NCBI GenBank assembly: GCA_044222475.1
Contig: JBGANF010000113.1
Location: 1 to 26,241 of the forward strand
Source: Polyangiaceae bacterium
GTDB lineage: Bacteria > Myxococcota_A > Polyangia > Polyangiales > Polyangiaceae
Direction: 5' to 3'
DNA length: 26,241 nucleotides
Shown here piece by piece: positions 15,901 through 26,106 of this stretch. The position numbers were made by a program, and so were the translations under genes. Under the pieces are notes generated by a model. It worked only from the letters and a program-made list of their open reading frames with translations, had not been told where the DNA came from and did not search any database. Within the stretch, counting starts at the first letter, position 1, and every line of letters starts with the position of its first letter.

Positions 15901-18042
15901 ATGGAACCCGACGCGAAGACCGCTCCCCAGCACCCCGTTCGAGCGATCGCTCTCGCCGCCGCGATGCAGGGCGTCGGAGGCGGGCTCGGTTGGTCCCTCG
16001 CCGCCGCTCTCATGCCGGACGCCGCCAAGGACGTTCACCTCGACAAGACGACGAGCGGCATCGCGTGGGGCGCAGCCTCGCTCGGGATCGCGATCGCGGC
16101 TCCCCTCGGCGGCGCGGCGGTCGACCGGTTCGGCCCGGCTCGGGTCGCCGGCTTCGCGATGTTCGCCGGTGCGCTCGCCTGCGCAGCCCGAGCGACCTGC
16201 CACGGACCGTGGACGTTCATCGCCACGATGCTCGTCTTCGGCGCGCACATCGGCTTCGTCGCTCCGTCGATCCCGAAGGCGCTGGCCATGCACCTCCCCG
16301 CGACCCGCGTCGCCCGCGCGAACGGCATGGCGCTCTTCGCGTACACGATCGTCACCGCCGTCGCGATGCTCGTCGGCCGGCTCTACGTGGCGCCCGCGCT
16401 GCACGGTTGGCGCAACGTCACCCTCGTCGCGGCGGCGCTCATGGTCGTCGTCGGCGCGCTGTGGATCCCGGGTATCGGTCGCCACCGCGCGGTCGTGGGC
16501 GGTCACGGCAGCGTGCTCGACTCGCTCAAGCTGCTCGGTCACAAGGATCTCCGCCGCGTCGCGATGATGCACTTCTGCCTCTTCGGTGGGTACCTCGCGC
16601 TCCTCGGCGTTCTGCCGCACGCGCTGCTCGATGCGAAGATCCCGCCGACCCGCATCGGGATCGCGATTGCCTCGTGGCTCCTCGTGGCGGGCTTCGCCAA
16701 CCTCGGCGGCCCGTGGATCGCCGAGCGCTTCAAGATCAAGCGCGCCGTCCTCGTGGGCGGAGGTCTCGTCGCCGGCGTCGCCTTGACCGGCCTCGCGCTC
16801 GGCTTCGGCGTCTGGACGCTCCCGATCGCGGCCCTCGGCGGGGGAGCCATCGCCCCGATCCTACTCACCGCACCCCTGGAAATGGAGGGCATCGGCCCCG
16901 CCCGCGCGGGCGCTGCGTTGGGCCTCCTGATGCTCGTCGGGCAGGCCGGCGGCGCCTTGCTCCCCGCCCTTTCCGGTGCCATAGCTCAGCGCGCCGGATT
17001 CCCCTGGGCTCTCGGCATGCTGGCGGCCTTTCACCTCGCGCTCGTGGTGCCGGCGCTCCGCATGCAGCGCTCGTCCGCCGTGCCCTCCACTTCGATGATG
17101 TCCCTTCGCCGCCTTCTCACTGCCGTCGTCCCGGTGCTCCTCGTCGTTCCGTTCTTCGCCGTCGCGGGCTGCTCCGCCTCGGCGTCGACGTCGTCGTGCC
17201 GCCTCGGCAGCGAGTGCGCGTCCGGCGTGTGCGGATCCAACGGCAAGTGCGTCGAACCGGACGACGCCGGTAACGTCGTTCCGGATGCGGGCGCCGATCC
17301 CGACGCGTCGTTTCCGATGACGGACTCGGGCCCGGTCCCCGGGTGCGTCGCCAACGCCGACGGCACGATCACCGCCGGCGAGGTCCCGCTCAAGGCCGGC
17401 CTCAAGGCCACGTTCAAGGTCGCGACCAACGTCGCGGTCGACGTCGCCGGCAAGACCCAGAACGACGGCACGCGCATCTGGGACTTCTCGGTCGCGTACG
17501 CCGGCGATCACGACCGCCTCGTCACCACCGACGCGCCGAACGGCGCGTGGTGGGCGCCCGGCTTCTCCGGCGCGACCTACGCGACCCGCCTCGGCGAGAC
17601 CGTCGACCTGAAGGGCGTCTTCGAGGTCGGCGGCAGCGCGCTTCTGCTCCGCGGCGTCGTCTCCCCGGCCGACGGCCTCACGAAGACGAACCTCACGTAC
17701 AACCCCGGCGTCCCCGCGATTCAGTTCCCGCTGAAGAACGGCAGCGCCTGGAACGTGACCAGCAACGTCACCGGCCAGGCGTCGGGTGTCTACTCGGTCT
17801 ACACCGAGCAGTATGCGTCGCAGGTCGACGCGCGCGGCTCGCTGAAGACGCCGTTCGGTACCTTTTCGGTACTGCGCGTGCGCACCGTCCTGACGCGCAC
17901 CGTCGGCGTCGTGCCGACCGTCACGCGCTCGTTCGCGTTCGTCGCCGAGTGCTTCGGCACCGTGGCCACCGTCACGTCGCAACCGAACGAGATCCAGACC
18001 GAGTTCGCGTCGGCGTCCGAAATCACGCGCCTGACGCCATGA
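15901..18042 (+). CDS. MFS transporter (about 15901-17097), open in frame into the downstream lipoprotein
   Basis: SD GGAGAG; about 12 hydrophobic segments; motif A GAAVDRFGPARV; no in-frame stop until 18042. Confidence 0.82.
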   Translation: MEPDAKTAPQHPVRAIALAAAMQGVGGGLGWSLAAALMPDAAKDVHLDKTTSGIAWGAASLGIAIAAPLGGAAVDRFGPARVAGFAMFAGALACAARATCHGPWTFIATMLVFGAHIGFVAPSIPKALAMHLPATRVARANGMALFAYTIVTAVAMLVGRLYVAPALHGWRNVTLVAAALMVVVGALWIPGIGRHRAVVGGHGSVLDSLKLLGHKDLRRVAMMHFCLFGGYLALLGVLPHALLDAKIPPTRIGIAIASWLLVAGFANLGGPWIAERFKIKRAVLVGGGLVAGVALTGLALGFGVWTLPIAALGGGAIAPILLTAPLEMEGIGPARAGAALGLLMLVGQAGGALLPALSGAIAQRAGFPWALGMLAAFHLALVVPALRMQRSSAVPSTSMMSLRRLLTAVVPVLLVVPFFAVAGCSASASTSSCRLGSECASGVCGSNGKCVEPDDAGNVVPDAGADPDASFPMTDSGPVPGCVANADGTITAGEVPLKAGLKATFKVATNVAVDVAGKTQNDGTRIWDFSVAYAGDHDRLVTTDAPNGAWWAPGFSGATYATRLGETVDLKGVFEVGGSALLLRGVVSPADGLTKTNLTYNPGVPAIQFPLKNGSAWNVTSNVTGQASGVYSVYTEQYASQVDARGSLKTPFGTFSVLRVRTVLTRTVGVVPTVTRSFAFVAECFGTVATVTSQPNEIQTEFASASEITRLTP
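17098..18042 (+). CDS. Lipoprotein, paralog of 21084-21914 (internal start in the fused ORF)
   Basis: MSLRRLLTAVVPVLLVVPFFAVAG|C signal and lipobox; Cys-rich mini-domain; CVANADGTITAGEV; C-terminal FVAECFGTVATVTS. Confidence 0.72.
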   Translation: MSLRRLLTAVVPVLLVVPFFAVAGCSASASTSSCRLGSECASGVCGSNGKCVEPDDAGNVVPDAGADPDASFPMTDSGPVPGCVANADGTITAGEVPLKAGLKATFKVATNVAVDVAGKTQNDGTRIWDFSVAYAGDHDRLVTTDAPNGAWWAPGFSGATYATRLGETVDLKGVFEVGGSALLLRGVVSPADGLTKTNLTYNPGVPAIQFPLKNGSAWNVTSNVTGQASGVYSVYTEQYASQVDARGSLKTPFGTFSVLRVRTVLTRTVGVVPTVTRSFAFVAECFGTVATVTSQPNEIQTEFASASEITRLTP

Positions 18043-19058
18043 CCTCGCGGCCTCTCGCGCTGCTCGCGATCGTCGCGCCGCTCCTCGGCGGCTGCGCGTC
18101 GTTCCATCGCGGCGCGATGCCGGGCGAGCCGAAGGACGCCACGTTCGCCAAGGTCGACGGCGTGCGGATGCGCTACGTCGACCACGGAAGCCCCACCGCG
18201 CCGCCGGTCGTGCTGATCCACGGCTTCGCGTCGGCGCTCGACTCGTGGAACACCGTGATGCCGGCGCTCGAGAAGGCGGGCTACCGCGTCATCGCGGTCG
18301 ACCTCAAGGGCTTCGGCTGGACCGATCGGCCCGAGGGCGACTACTCGCCGGCCGCGCAAGCGAAGCTCGTCTACGGCCTCCTCGACCAGCGCGGCGTGAC
18401 CAAGGCGGCGTTCGTCGGTCACTCGTGGGGTTCGTCGGTGGTGCTCACCGCGGCGATGCAGAAGCCGGATCGCGTCTCGCGGTTCGCGCTGTACGACGCG
18501 TGGGTCTACGAGGACCAGCTCCCGACGTTCTTCCACTGGGCGCGGGCCGATGGCCTCGGCGAGATGATGTTCTCGCTCTGGTACACCGAGCGCCCCGACG
18601 ACAAGATGGCGAACGCTTTCTACGACAAGCGGTACGTCACCGAGAAGTTCGTCGAAGAGGTCGAGGCCGCCCTCGAGCGGCCCGGCACCGTCGCGGCGGC
18701 GCTCGCTGCGGTGCGCGGTCAGCGGTACGCCGACGTCGAGTCGAAGTACCGCACGATCGACAAACCCGCGCTGCTCCTCTGGGGTCGCGACGACGAGGTC
18801 ACGACGCTCCGGTTCGGCGAGCGGCTCGCGAGCGACCTGAAGCAGTCGAAGCTCGTCGTGTACCCCGCGTGCGGGCACTTCCCGATGATCGAGGCGCAGG
18901 CTTCGTCGACCGCGGACCTCCTCGCGTTCCTCGCGCCGGAGCTCGCGGCGGTGCCGGCGGCACCGGTCACTCCGGCGACGGCGGGGACGACGACGACCCC
19001 GACGACGACCCCGACGAACAGCGATGGCATCAAGCGCGAGCTGCCGGGTGATCCGTGA
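18039..19058 (+). CDS. Alpha/beta hydrolase lipoprotein (esterase/depolymerase candidate)
   Basis: ATGA overlap; lipobox LGG|C; LIHGF oxyanion motif, DLKGFG, GHSWG nucleophile, WGRDD acid, CGHFP histidine. Confidence 0.9.
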   Translation: MTSRPLALLAIVAPLLGGCASFHRGAMPGEPKDATFAKVDGVRMRYVDHGSPTAPPVVLIHGFASALDSWNTVMPALEKAGYRVIAVDLKGFGWTDRPEGDYSPAAQAKLVYGLLDQRGVTKAAFVGHSWGSSVVLTAAMQKPDRVSRFALYDAWVYEDQLPTFFHWARADGLGEMMFSLWYTERPDDKMANAFYDKRYVTEKFVEEVEAALERPGTVAAALAAVRGQRYADVESKYRTIDKPALLLWGRDDEVTTLRFGERLASDLKQSKLVVYPACGHFPMIEAQASSTADLLAFLAPELAAVPAAPVTPATAGTTTTPTTTPTNSDGIKRELPGDP

Positions 19059-19292
19059 CCACGGCTACCTCCGCGGACGCGCCGAGGCGCTTCGCAACTT
19101 GGATCTCGATCGCGGCCTCCTCCCCAGCGGCCAGCCCATCTTCCCCACGCCGCTCGGTGATCCGACGGCGCAGTGGCTCACGTCGGCCGACATGCGGCTT
19201 CGTACCGATCTCGCGATCTACGCGCCCGGCGGCGGCGTCGCAGTGAAGGTCCGCCTCGACACGCTCGACAACGTCGGTCTCGGCAGCATGCC
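19059..19292 (+). repeat. Exact 234-bp direct repeat, copy 1 (fragment of the barrel gene)
   Basis: Base-for-base identical to 19675-19908 (offset 616). Confidence 0.97.
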
Positions 19293-19329
19293 AGTCGCCG
19301 GTGGCCAGGTGCAACACCGGATCGAGCAG

Positions 19330-19547
19330 TGGGGCACCCCGGACTGAAGTCCGGGGCAGCAACGGACTCGGTTCGAGACTCGACCAAAGCCCGCGCGGAG
19401 CGCGGGCTCTCGTTGCGTCGGGACTGGTGGTCCCAAACTGGGACGCCAGTGGGTCCAGCTCCATCGAGAGTCCGCCCACCGGGCGGACAGTGTGCGGGTT
19501 AGGCCTGGGGCCCGTTGCTGCCCCGGTCTTCAGTCCGGGGCGCACCA
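19330..19547. mobile_element. REP-doublet (REPIN)/MITE-like palindromic element
   Basis: Inverted arms 19334-19365 and 19512-19543 match at 30/32. Each arm is a CCCCGGAC-TGAA-GTCCGGGG-type hairpin. Three further internal hairpins. Confidence 0.7.
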
Positions 19548-21076
19548 AAGTTCGACGTGCGTTTGCCGTCGTCCTTGCGGCAGCGACGCTCCTCGCGCCG
19601 GCAACCGCGTTTGCCGCCGGGTTCACCGATTTCGGCCAGGACATCAAACCCCGCGAGAAGTTCGAGATCGGGCTCCACGGCTACCTCCGCGGACGCGCCG
19701 AGGCGCTTCGCAACTTGGATCTCGATCGCGGCCTCCTCCCCAGCGGCCAGCCCATCTTCCCCACGCCGCTCGGTGATCCGACGGCGCAGTGGCTCACGTC
19801 GGCCGACATGCGGCTTCGTACCGATCTCGCGATCTACGCGCCCGGCGGCGGCGTCGCAGTGAAGGTCCGCCTCGACACGCTCGACAACGTCGGTCTCGGC
19901 AGCATGCCCGACGGGATCCCCTACGCGTCCGGCACGCAGCGCCCGAGCGGCAGCATCTTCAGCCTCCGCCGCGCATACGGCGAAGCGCTCCTCCCGTTCG
20001 GGTACCTCGCGGTCGGCCGCATGGGAAACCACTGGGGCCTCGGCATGCTCGCCAACGGCGGCGACTGCATCGACTGCGACAGCGGCGACTCCGTCGACCG
20101 CGCCGCGTTCGTCACTCCGCTTGCCGGTCACATCTTCGCCTTCGCGTTCGACTTCTCGGCCACGCTCGCGATGAAGGAGCGCGCGAACAACCGCGTCATC
20201 TCGGTCGCGCCGCTCTCGAACGTGCGCTCGCTCTCGCTCGCGATGATGAACTACCGCGGCGACGACGCGCGCGAGCGCCGCCGCAAGGCCGACAAGACCA
20301 CGTTCGAGTACGGCGCACTCCTCTCGTATCGCTGGCAAGACGGCGACGTGCCCGCGTCGTACCTCCCCGAGCCCGGCACCGGCCCGGTCACGATCGACAA
20401 CGGTCAAGTCATGGGCCGCGGCGCGAAGTTCTTCGTCGCCGACGCGTTCGCGCGCCTGACCCACCCCGAGTTCACGCTCGCCGCCGAGCTCGCCTACGCG
20501 AACGGCAAGATCGATCAGGCGTCGCTCGTCCCCGGCGTGCTCCTTCGCGATCCGATCAAGGCGAGCCAGCTCGGGCTTGCCGTCGAGTCGGAGATCGGCA
20601 CGACCGTGTCCCCTTTTGGGATTGGCGTCGACGGTGGCTACGCCAGCGGCGACACCGGCGCGACGCTCGGGCAACTTCCGCAGCCGCCCCAAGGCGGCCG
20701 GGTCGACTCGTTCCGGTTCCACCCGGACTACCGCGTCGATCGGATCCTGTTCCGCGAGATCATCGGCCAGGTCACCGGCGCGTTCTACGTTCGGCCCCAC
20801 GCGCGGGCGCGGATCTTCAAGATGCCCACCGGGGAGCTCCGGTTCGAGCTCTCCGGCCTCGCCGCCTTCGCATCGGCCGATCAGTGGTCGCCCAGCGGCG
20901 ATCGCGCGCTCGGCGTCGAGGTCGACCCGACCCTCGTCTACAAGAGCCGGGACGGCTTCTACGCCGCGATCGACTACGCTGCACTGTTCCCCCTCTCGGG
21001 AATGGACAACCCCCAAGCCAACCTCAAAGCGCAGCCGGCGCAGTCGATCCGGGCGCGCGTGGCGTTCATCTTCTGA
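19544..21076 (+). CDS. TIGR04551-family myxobacterial outer-membrane beta-barrel; start codon displaced
   Basis: Signal peptide KVRRAFAVVLAAATLLAPATAFA; GRMGNHWGLGMLANGGDCIDCDSGDSVDR; FRFHPDYRVDRILFREIIG; C-terminal RVAFIF. No start codon adjacent to the signal peptide. Confidence 0.85.
   Translation, partial: TKVRRAFAVVLAAATLLAPATAFAAGFTDFGQDIKPREKFEIGLHGYLRGRAEALRNLDLDRGLLPSGQPIFPTPLGDPTAQWLTSADMRLRTDLAIYAPGGGVAVKVRLDTLDNVGLGSMPDGIPYASGTQRPSGSIFSLRRAYGEALLPFGYLAVGRMGNHWGLGMLANGGDCIDCDSGDSVDRAAFVTPLAGHIFAFAFDFSATLAMKERANNRVISVAPLSNVRSLSLAMMNYRGDDARERRRKADKTTFEYGALLSYRWQDGDVPASYLPEPGTGPVTIDNGQVMGRGAKFFVADAFARLTHPEFTLAAELAYANGKIDQASLVPGVLLRDPIKASQLGLAVESEIGTTVSPFGIGVDGGYASGDTGATLGQLPQPPQGGRVDSFRFHPDYRVDRILFREIIGQVTGAFYVRPHARARIFKMPTGELRFELSGLAAFASADQWSPSGDRALGVEVDPTLVYKSRDGFYAAIDYAALFPLSGMDNPQANLKAQPAQSIRARVAFIF
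19675..19908 (+). repeat. Exact 234-bp direct repeat, copy 2 (within the barrel CDS)
   Basis: Identical to 19059-19292. Confidence 0.97.
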
Positions 21077-21083
21077 GGAACCG

Positions 21084-21914
21084 ATGAAGCGAATCCTTCC
21101 TCTAGTCCTGGTCTCCGGTGCGGCGCTCGCGATCGCCTGCGGCGACAACCGCACGCCGACGCCGATTCGGCCCACCTACGAAGCGGGCGTCCTCCCGAAG
21201 CTCTCGTGCAACCCCAACCTCGACGGCAAGATCGACGCGGCCGAGCTCGCGCCGATGCTCGACGTCCCAGTTCGGTACTTGGTCTCGCCCCAAGGCAAGG
21301 CGCGCACCGTGAACCTCGTCGGTAGCGGCACGGCCTGGGATCTCGGCAACGACTACGCCGACGACGCGGTCGCGACGATCTCGGCGACCGGCATCAAGGG
21401 CAAGTGGTACGCGACGACGTTCCCCGGCGCGACCTTCGTGGCTCCATTCGACGCCGGCCACACGATCGACGCGGTCTATGCGTACGGCCCCGGTGCGATC
21501 CAGCTCCTCGGTCTCGCGTCGGTCAACCCCGACGGCCCCGGCGGGAAGACGCTCCTCGCGTACGACGTGCCGATCGCGGTGTTCCGGTTTCCCCTCGTCG
21601 TCGGCGCCACGTGGGTCTCGGCCGGAAACATCAAGAACGCCACGCTGCGCGGCCAGCCCTACGCGGGCAAGGACACCTACCAGATCACCGTCGACGCGAC
21701 GGGCGAGCTCACCCTCCCCGACTACACGTTCCAGCAAGTGCTCCGCGTCCGCACCGTCGTCACGGTCGAGCCGTCGGCCGGGCAGGTCACGACGCAGCGC
21801 CAGACTTCCTTCCTGTTCGAGTGCTTCGGCGAGGTCGCCCGCGCGACGAGCCAAGCGAACGAACCCAACGACGACTTCACGACCACCTCCGAGCTCCGCC
21901 GGCTCGGTCTTTGA
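21084..21914 (+). CDS. Lipoprotein, paralog of 17098-18042
   Basis: SD GAGGA; lipobox AIA|C; CNPNLDGKIDAAEL; VLRVRTVVT; FLFECFGEVARATS. Confidence 0.85.
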   Translation: MKRILPLVLVSGAALAIACGDNRTPTPIRPTYEAGVLPKLSCNPNLDGKIDAAELAPMLDVPVRYLVSPQGKARTVNLVGSGTAWDLGNDYADDAVATISATGIKGKWYATTFPGATFVAPFDAGHTIDAVYAYGPGAIQLLGLASVNPDGPGGKTLLAYDVPIAVFRFPLVVGATWVSAGNIKNATLRGQPYAGKDTYQITVDATGELTLPDYTFQQVLRVRTVVTVEPSAGQVTTQRQTSFLFECFGEVARATSQANEPNDDFTTTSELRRLGL

Positions 21915-21926
21915 GAGGAGAGAATC

Positions 21927-22226
21927 ATGCTCTGGGAGAACTGGAAGAAGGGCTTCGATGCGTGGGAGAACGCGACCGCCAAGCTGATGGAGACGTGGCT
22001 CAAGAGCCCCGTCGTCCTCGGCCCGTCGGGAGCGATGCTCTCGGGCGTGATGAAGGTCAAGGCGATGAGCGACAAGGCCGCGGCCCAGTGGTGGGGCGCG
22101 ATGGGCTTGCCGACCAAGCGTGACCAGGAGCGCTCGCTCCACGCGCTGAACCAGATTCAGAGCCGGTTGATCGATCTCGAAGAGAAGCTCGCCGATCTCG
22201 AAGCCGGCAAGGCGAAGCAGAAGTAG
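21927..22226 (+). CDS. Small PhaE-like PHA synthase partner subunit
   Basis: SD AGGAGA; MGLPTKRDQERSLHALNQIQSRLIDLEEKL resembles the C-terminal LPT motif and coiled coil of PhaE and of the class IV synthase subunit; located upstream of phaC. Confidence 0.72.
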   Translation: MLWENWKKGFDAWENATAKLMETWLKSPVVLGPSGAMLSGVMKVKAMSDKAAAQWWGAMGLPTKRDQERSLHALNQIQSRLIDLEEKLADLEAGKAKQK

Positions 22227-22234
22227 AGGCAGTC

Positions 22235-23952
<1,718 letters not shown>

Positions 23953-23956
<4 letters not shown>

Positions 23957-25089
23957 AGCGCCTGTTCAACCTCCTGAAGCTCGGGAAGAAGACCGAGGAG
24001 GCGAAGTCCCGCGTCGGGACGACTCCGCACGACGTCGTCTTCGCCGAGAACAAGTGGAAGCTGCTTCGGTACCGGACGCCGACCAACGGGTCCGCGCCGC
24101 AGGTGCGTCACAAGACGCCCGTGTTGCTCGTGCCGTCGCTCATCAACCGGCACTACGTGCTCGATCTGATGCCGGGGAAGAGCTTCGCCGAGTGGCTCGT
24201 CGGCGAGGGCTTCGACGTGTTCTGCATCGACTGGGGCACCCCCGAGGACGAGGACCGCTACGTCACCTTCGACGACGTCTGTGACCGATGGATCGGCCGC
24301 GCGATCCGGCGGGCGTCGACGATCGCCGGTACCGAAAAGGTACACCTGCTCGGCTACTGCCTCGGCGGGACGCTGACGACCATCCACGCGTCGGTGCACC
24401 CCGAGCGCATCGCGTCGATGTGCGTCCTCGCGGCGCCGGTGCGGTTCGGTCACGACCAAGGTCTGCTCGAAGCGTGGACTCGCAACGGCTCGTTCGACGT
24501 GCGCACGCTGACCGAGGCGACTGGGAACGTCCCGCACCAACTCCTTCAGGCAGCGTTCCACATGCTCCGGCCGACGCTCGGTCTGTCCAAGGCGGTCCAC
24601 ATGATCGACAAAGCCTGGGACGACGAGTTCCTCGACGGGTTCCTCGCGCTCGAGCGTTGGGGCTCCGACAACGTGTCGTTCCCGGGCGAGTGCTATGCGC
24701 GCTACATCGAGGAGCTCTACCAGAAGGACGCGCTCGCGCAGGGCACGTTTACCCTTTTGGGACGACCGGCCAAGCTCCAGAACGTGACCTGTCCGCTCCT
24801 CTCGGTGACCTTCGAGCACGACAACATCGTCCCGAAAGAGAGCGCAGCACCCCTGATCGAGATGGCGGGCAGCAAGGACAAGGAGTCGGTGCACCTCCCC
24901 GGCGGTCACGTCGGCGCGGTCGTCAGCCGCGCCGCGAGCAAGCGGCTCTGGCCCGTGTTGGCGGCCTTCTTCGCGAAGCACGACGAGCTAGCCGAGGGGG
25001 AGCGCCAGTCGGGAGCCCCGAAATCGACCCGCAAATCCCGAGAGAGCGCGCGGCCCAAGCCCTCGGCGGCCAAAGGGACGCGCTCCTAG
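23953..25089 (+). CDS. phaC: Class III-type PHA synthase catalytic subunit
   Basis: GTGA overlap; VGTTPHDVV, PVLLVPSLINRHYVLDL, IDWG, GYCLGG (catalytic Cys), HDNIVP (Asp), GGHVG (His); 378 aa. Confidence 0.9.
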
Positions 25090-25113
25090 GCGAACGCCTG
25101 CTAGTATTGACGG

Positions 25114-26094
25114 GTGATGCGCAGCGTAGGGATCATCGTGCTCGCGCTGTGCGCCGGGTGCTCGCTCGAAGAGCGAGGCCAGGCGCTCACGGAAGCGGAC
25201 TCTGGCGTCCCCGACGTCGTCTCGGTCGACGGAGCGACGACGGACGTCACGGTCGACGTCGTCGAAGAGCCCGGGCCGCCGCTGCCGTGCACCAGCGACG
25301 CGTCGGTCTGCTCCGGCGCGGTCCCCAACGGATGGACGCTCACGATGTTCAGCGCGAACCGCGCCACCCCGTGCCCCGTGAACTCCACCGCGGAGGACGT
25401 CGTCGCCAGCCCCGGATCCACCGCCGGGGCGTGCACGTGCTCGTGCAACATCACGACTCAACCCTCGTGCGCCATCGGTCAGGTGACCGGCAAGTGGGCC
25501 AACGACAACCAGTGCGGCAACTCGTGGGGCCAGTGGACGATCGCGACGGCCGGGCAATGCACCGCGTTCCCGAACCCCGTCACCGTCGGCAACTACAACC
25601 AGTTCTCGAAGCTTCCGCTGACCGCGGGAGCGTGCTCGGGCACGCCGACCCCCGACACGAGCAAGCTGACGTCCACGCCGATGCGCACGTGCGCCCCGTC
25701 CACCGCGTGCGCCGAGGACGTGTGCAACGGCCAGGTGCCGTCCGGCATGCGCTCGTGCATCACCGCTCCTGGCGACGTCACCTGCCCGCTGAGCCCCTTC
25801 ATCGACAAGGTCGCCGTCGTCGGCCCGAACGCCACGCTCGAGTGCGGCACGTGCACGACCTGCAACGTCGCGGGGACGTGTGCTGGCACCGCGACGCTGA
25901 AATACTGGGATGACGCGAACTGCACCGTGGCGCGCGGCAGCATCACCGCCAACGGAGCGTGCAACCCGACGACGAATCAGCACGTGAGCCATTTCACCTA
26001 CGAGAACCCGGTGCAGGGCCTGGCGTGCAACGCCGGCACGTCGACGCCCAAGGTCGACCTCGCCACGAAGCGAACGATCTGCTGCCGCCCCTGA
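25114..26094 (+). CDS. Cys-rich lipoprotein with two internal repeats
   Basis: Lipobox CAG|C; 26 Cys; TAGTAT 6 nt before GTG 25114 suggests its own leaderless promoter (alternative ATG 25117). Confidence 0.85.
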   Translation: MMRSVGIIVLALCAGCSLEERGQALTEADSGVPDVVSVDGATTDVTVDVVEEPGPPLPCTSDASVCSGAVPNGWTLTMFSANRATPCPVNSTAEDVVASPGSTAGACTCSCNITTQPSCAIGQVTGKWANDNQCGNSWGQWTIATAGQCTAFPNPVTVGNYNQFSKLPLTAGACSGTPTPDTSKLTSTPMRTCAPSTACAEDVCNGQVPSGMRSCITAPGDVTCPLSPFIDKVAVVGPNATLECGTCTTCNVAGTCAGTATLKYWDDANCTVARGSITANGACNPTTNQHVSHFTYENPVQGLACNAGTSTPKVDLATKRTICCRP

Positions 26095-26106
26095 GCCGTT
26101 CGGATC

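Noticed and set aside
17343..18038. N-terminal extensions of ORFs 17343-19058, 20577-21914, 7611-9260, 13724-15151, 14542-15468 and 15165-16028
   Set aside because: Arg/Pro-rich alternative frames overlapping real genes or promoters; downstream starts have an SD, coupling or a signal peptide.
18950..19025. ACG-rich repeat at the hydrolase 3' end
   Set aside because: Simply encodes a Thr/Pro low-complexity tail.
19330..19547. Palindromic repeats as a CRISPR array or tRNA
   Set aside because: Only two units, inverted rather than direct; no spacer periodicity, no cas genes and no tRNA cloverleaf signatures.
19059..19908. The 234-bp repeat as a diversity-generating retroelement TR/VR pair
   Set aside because: The copies are identical with no adenine-specific differences, the repeat is at the 5' end of the gene, and no reverse transcriptase is in the window.
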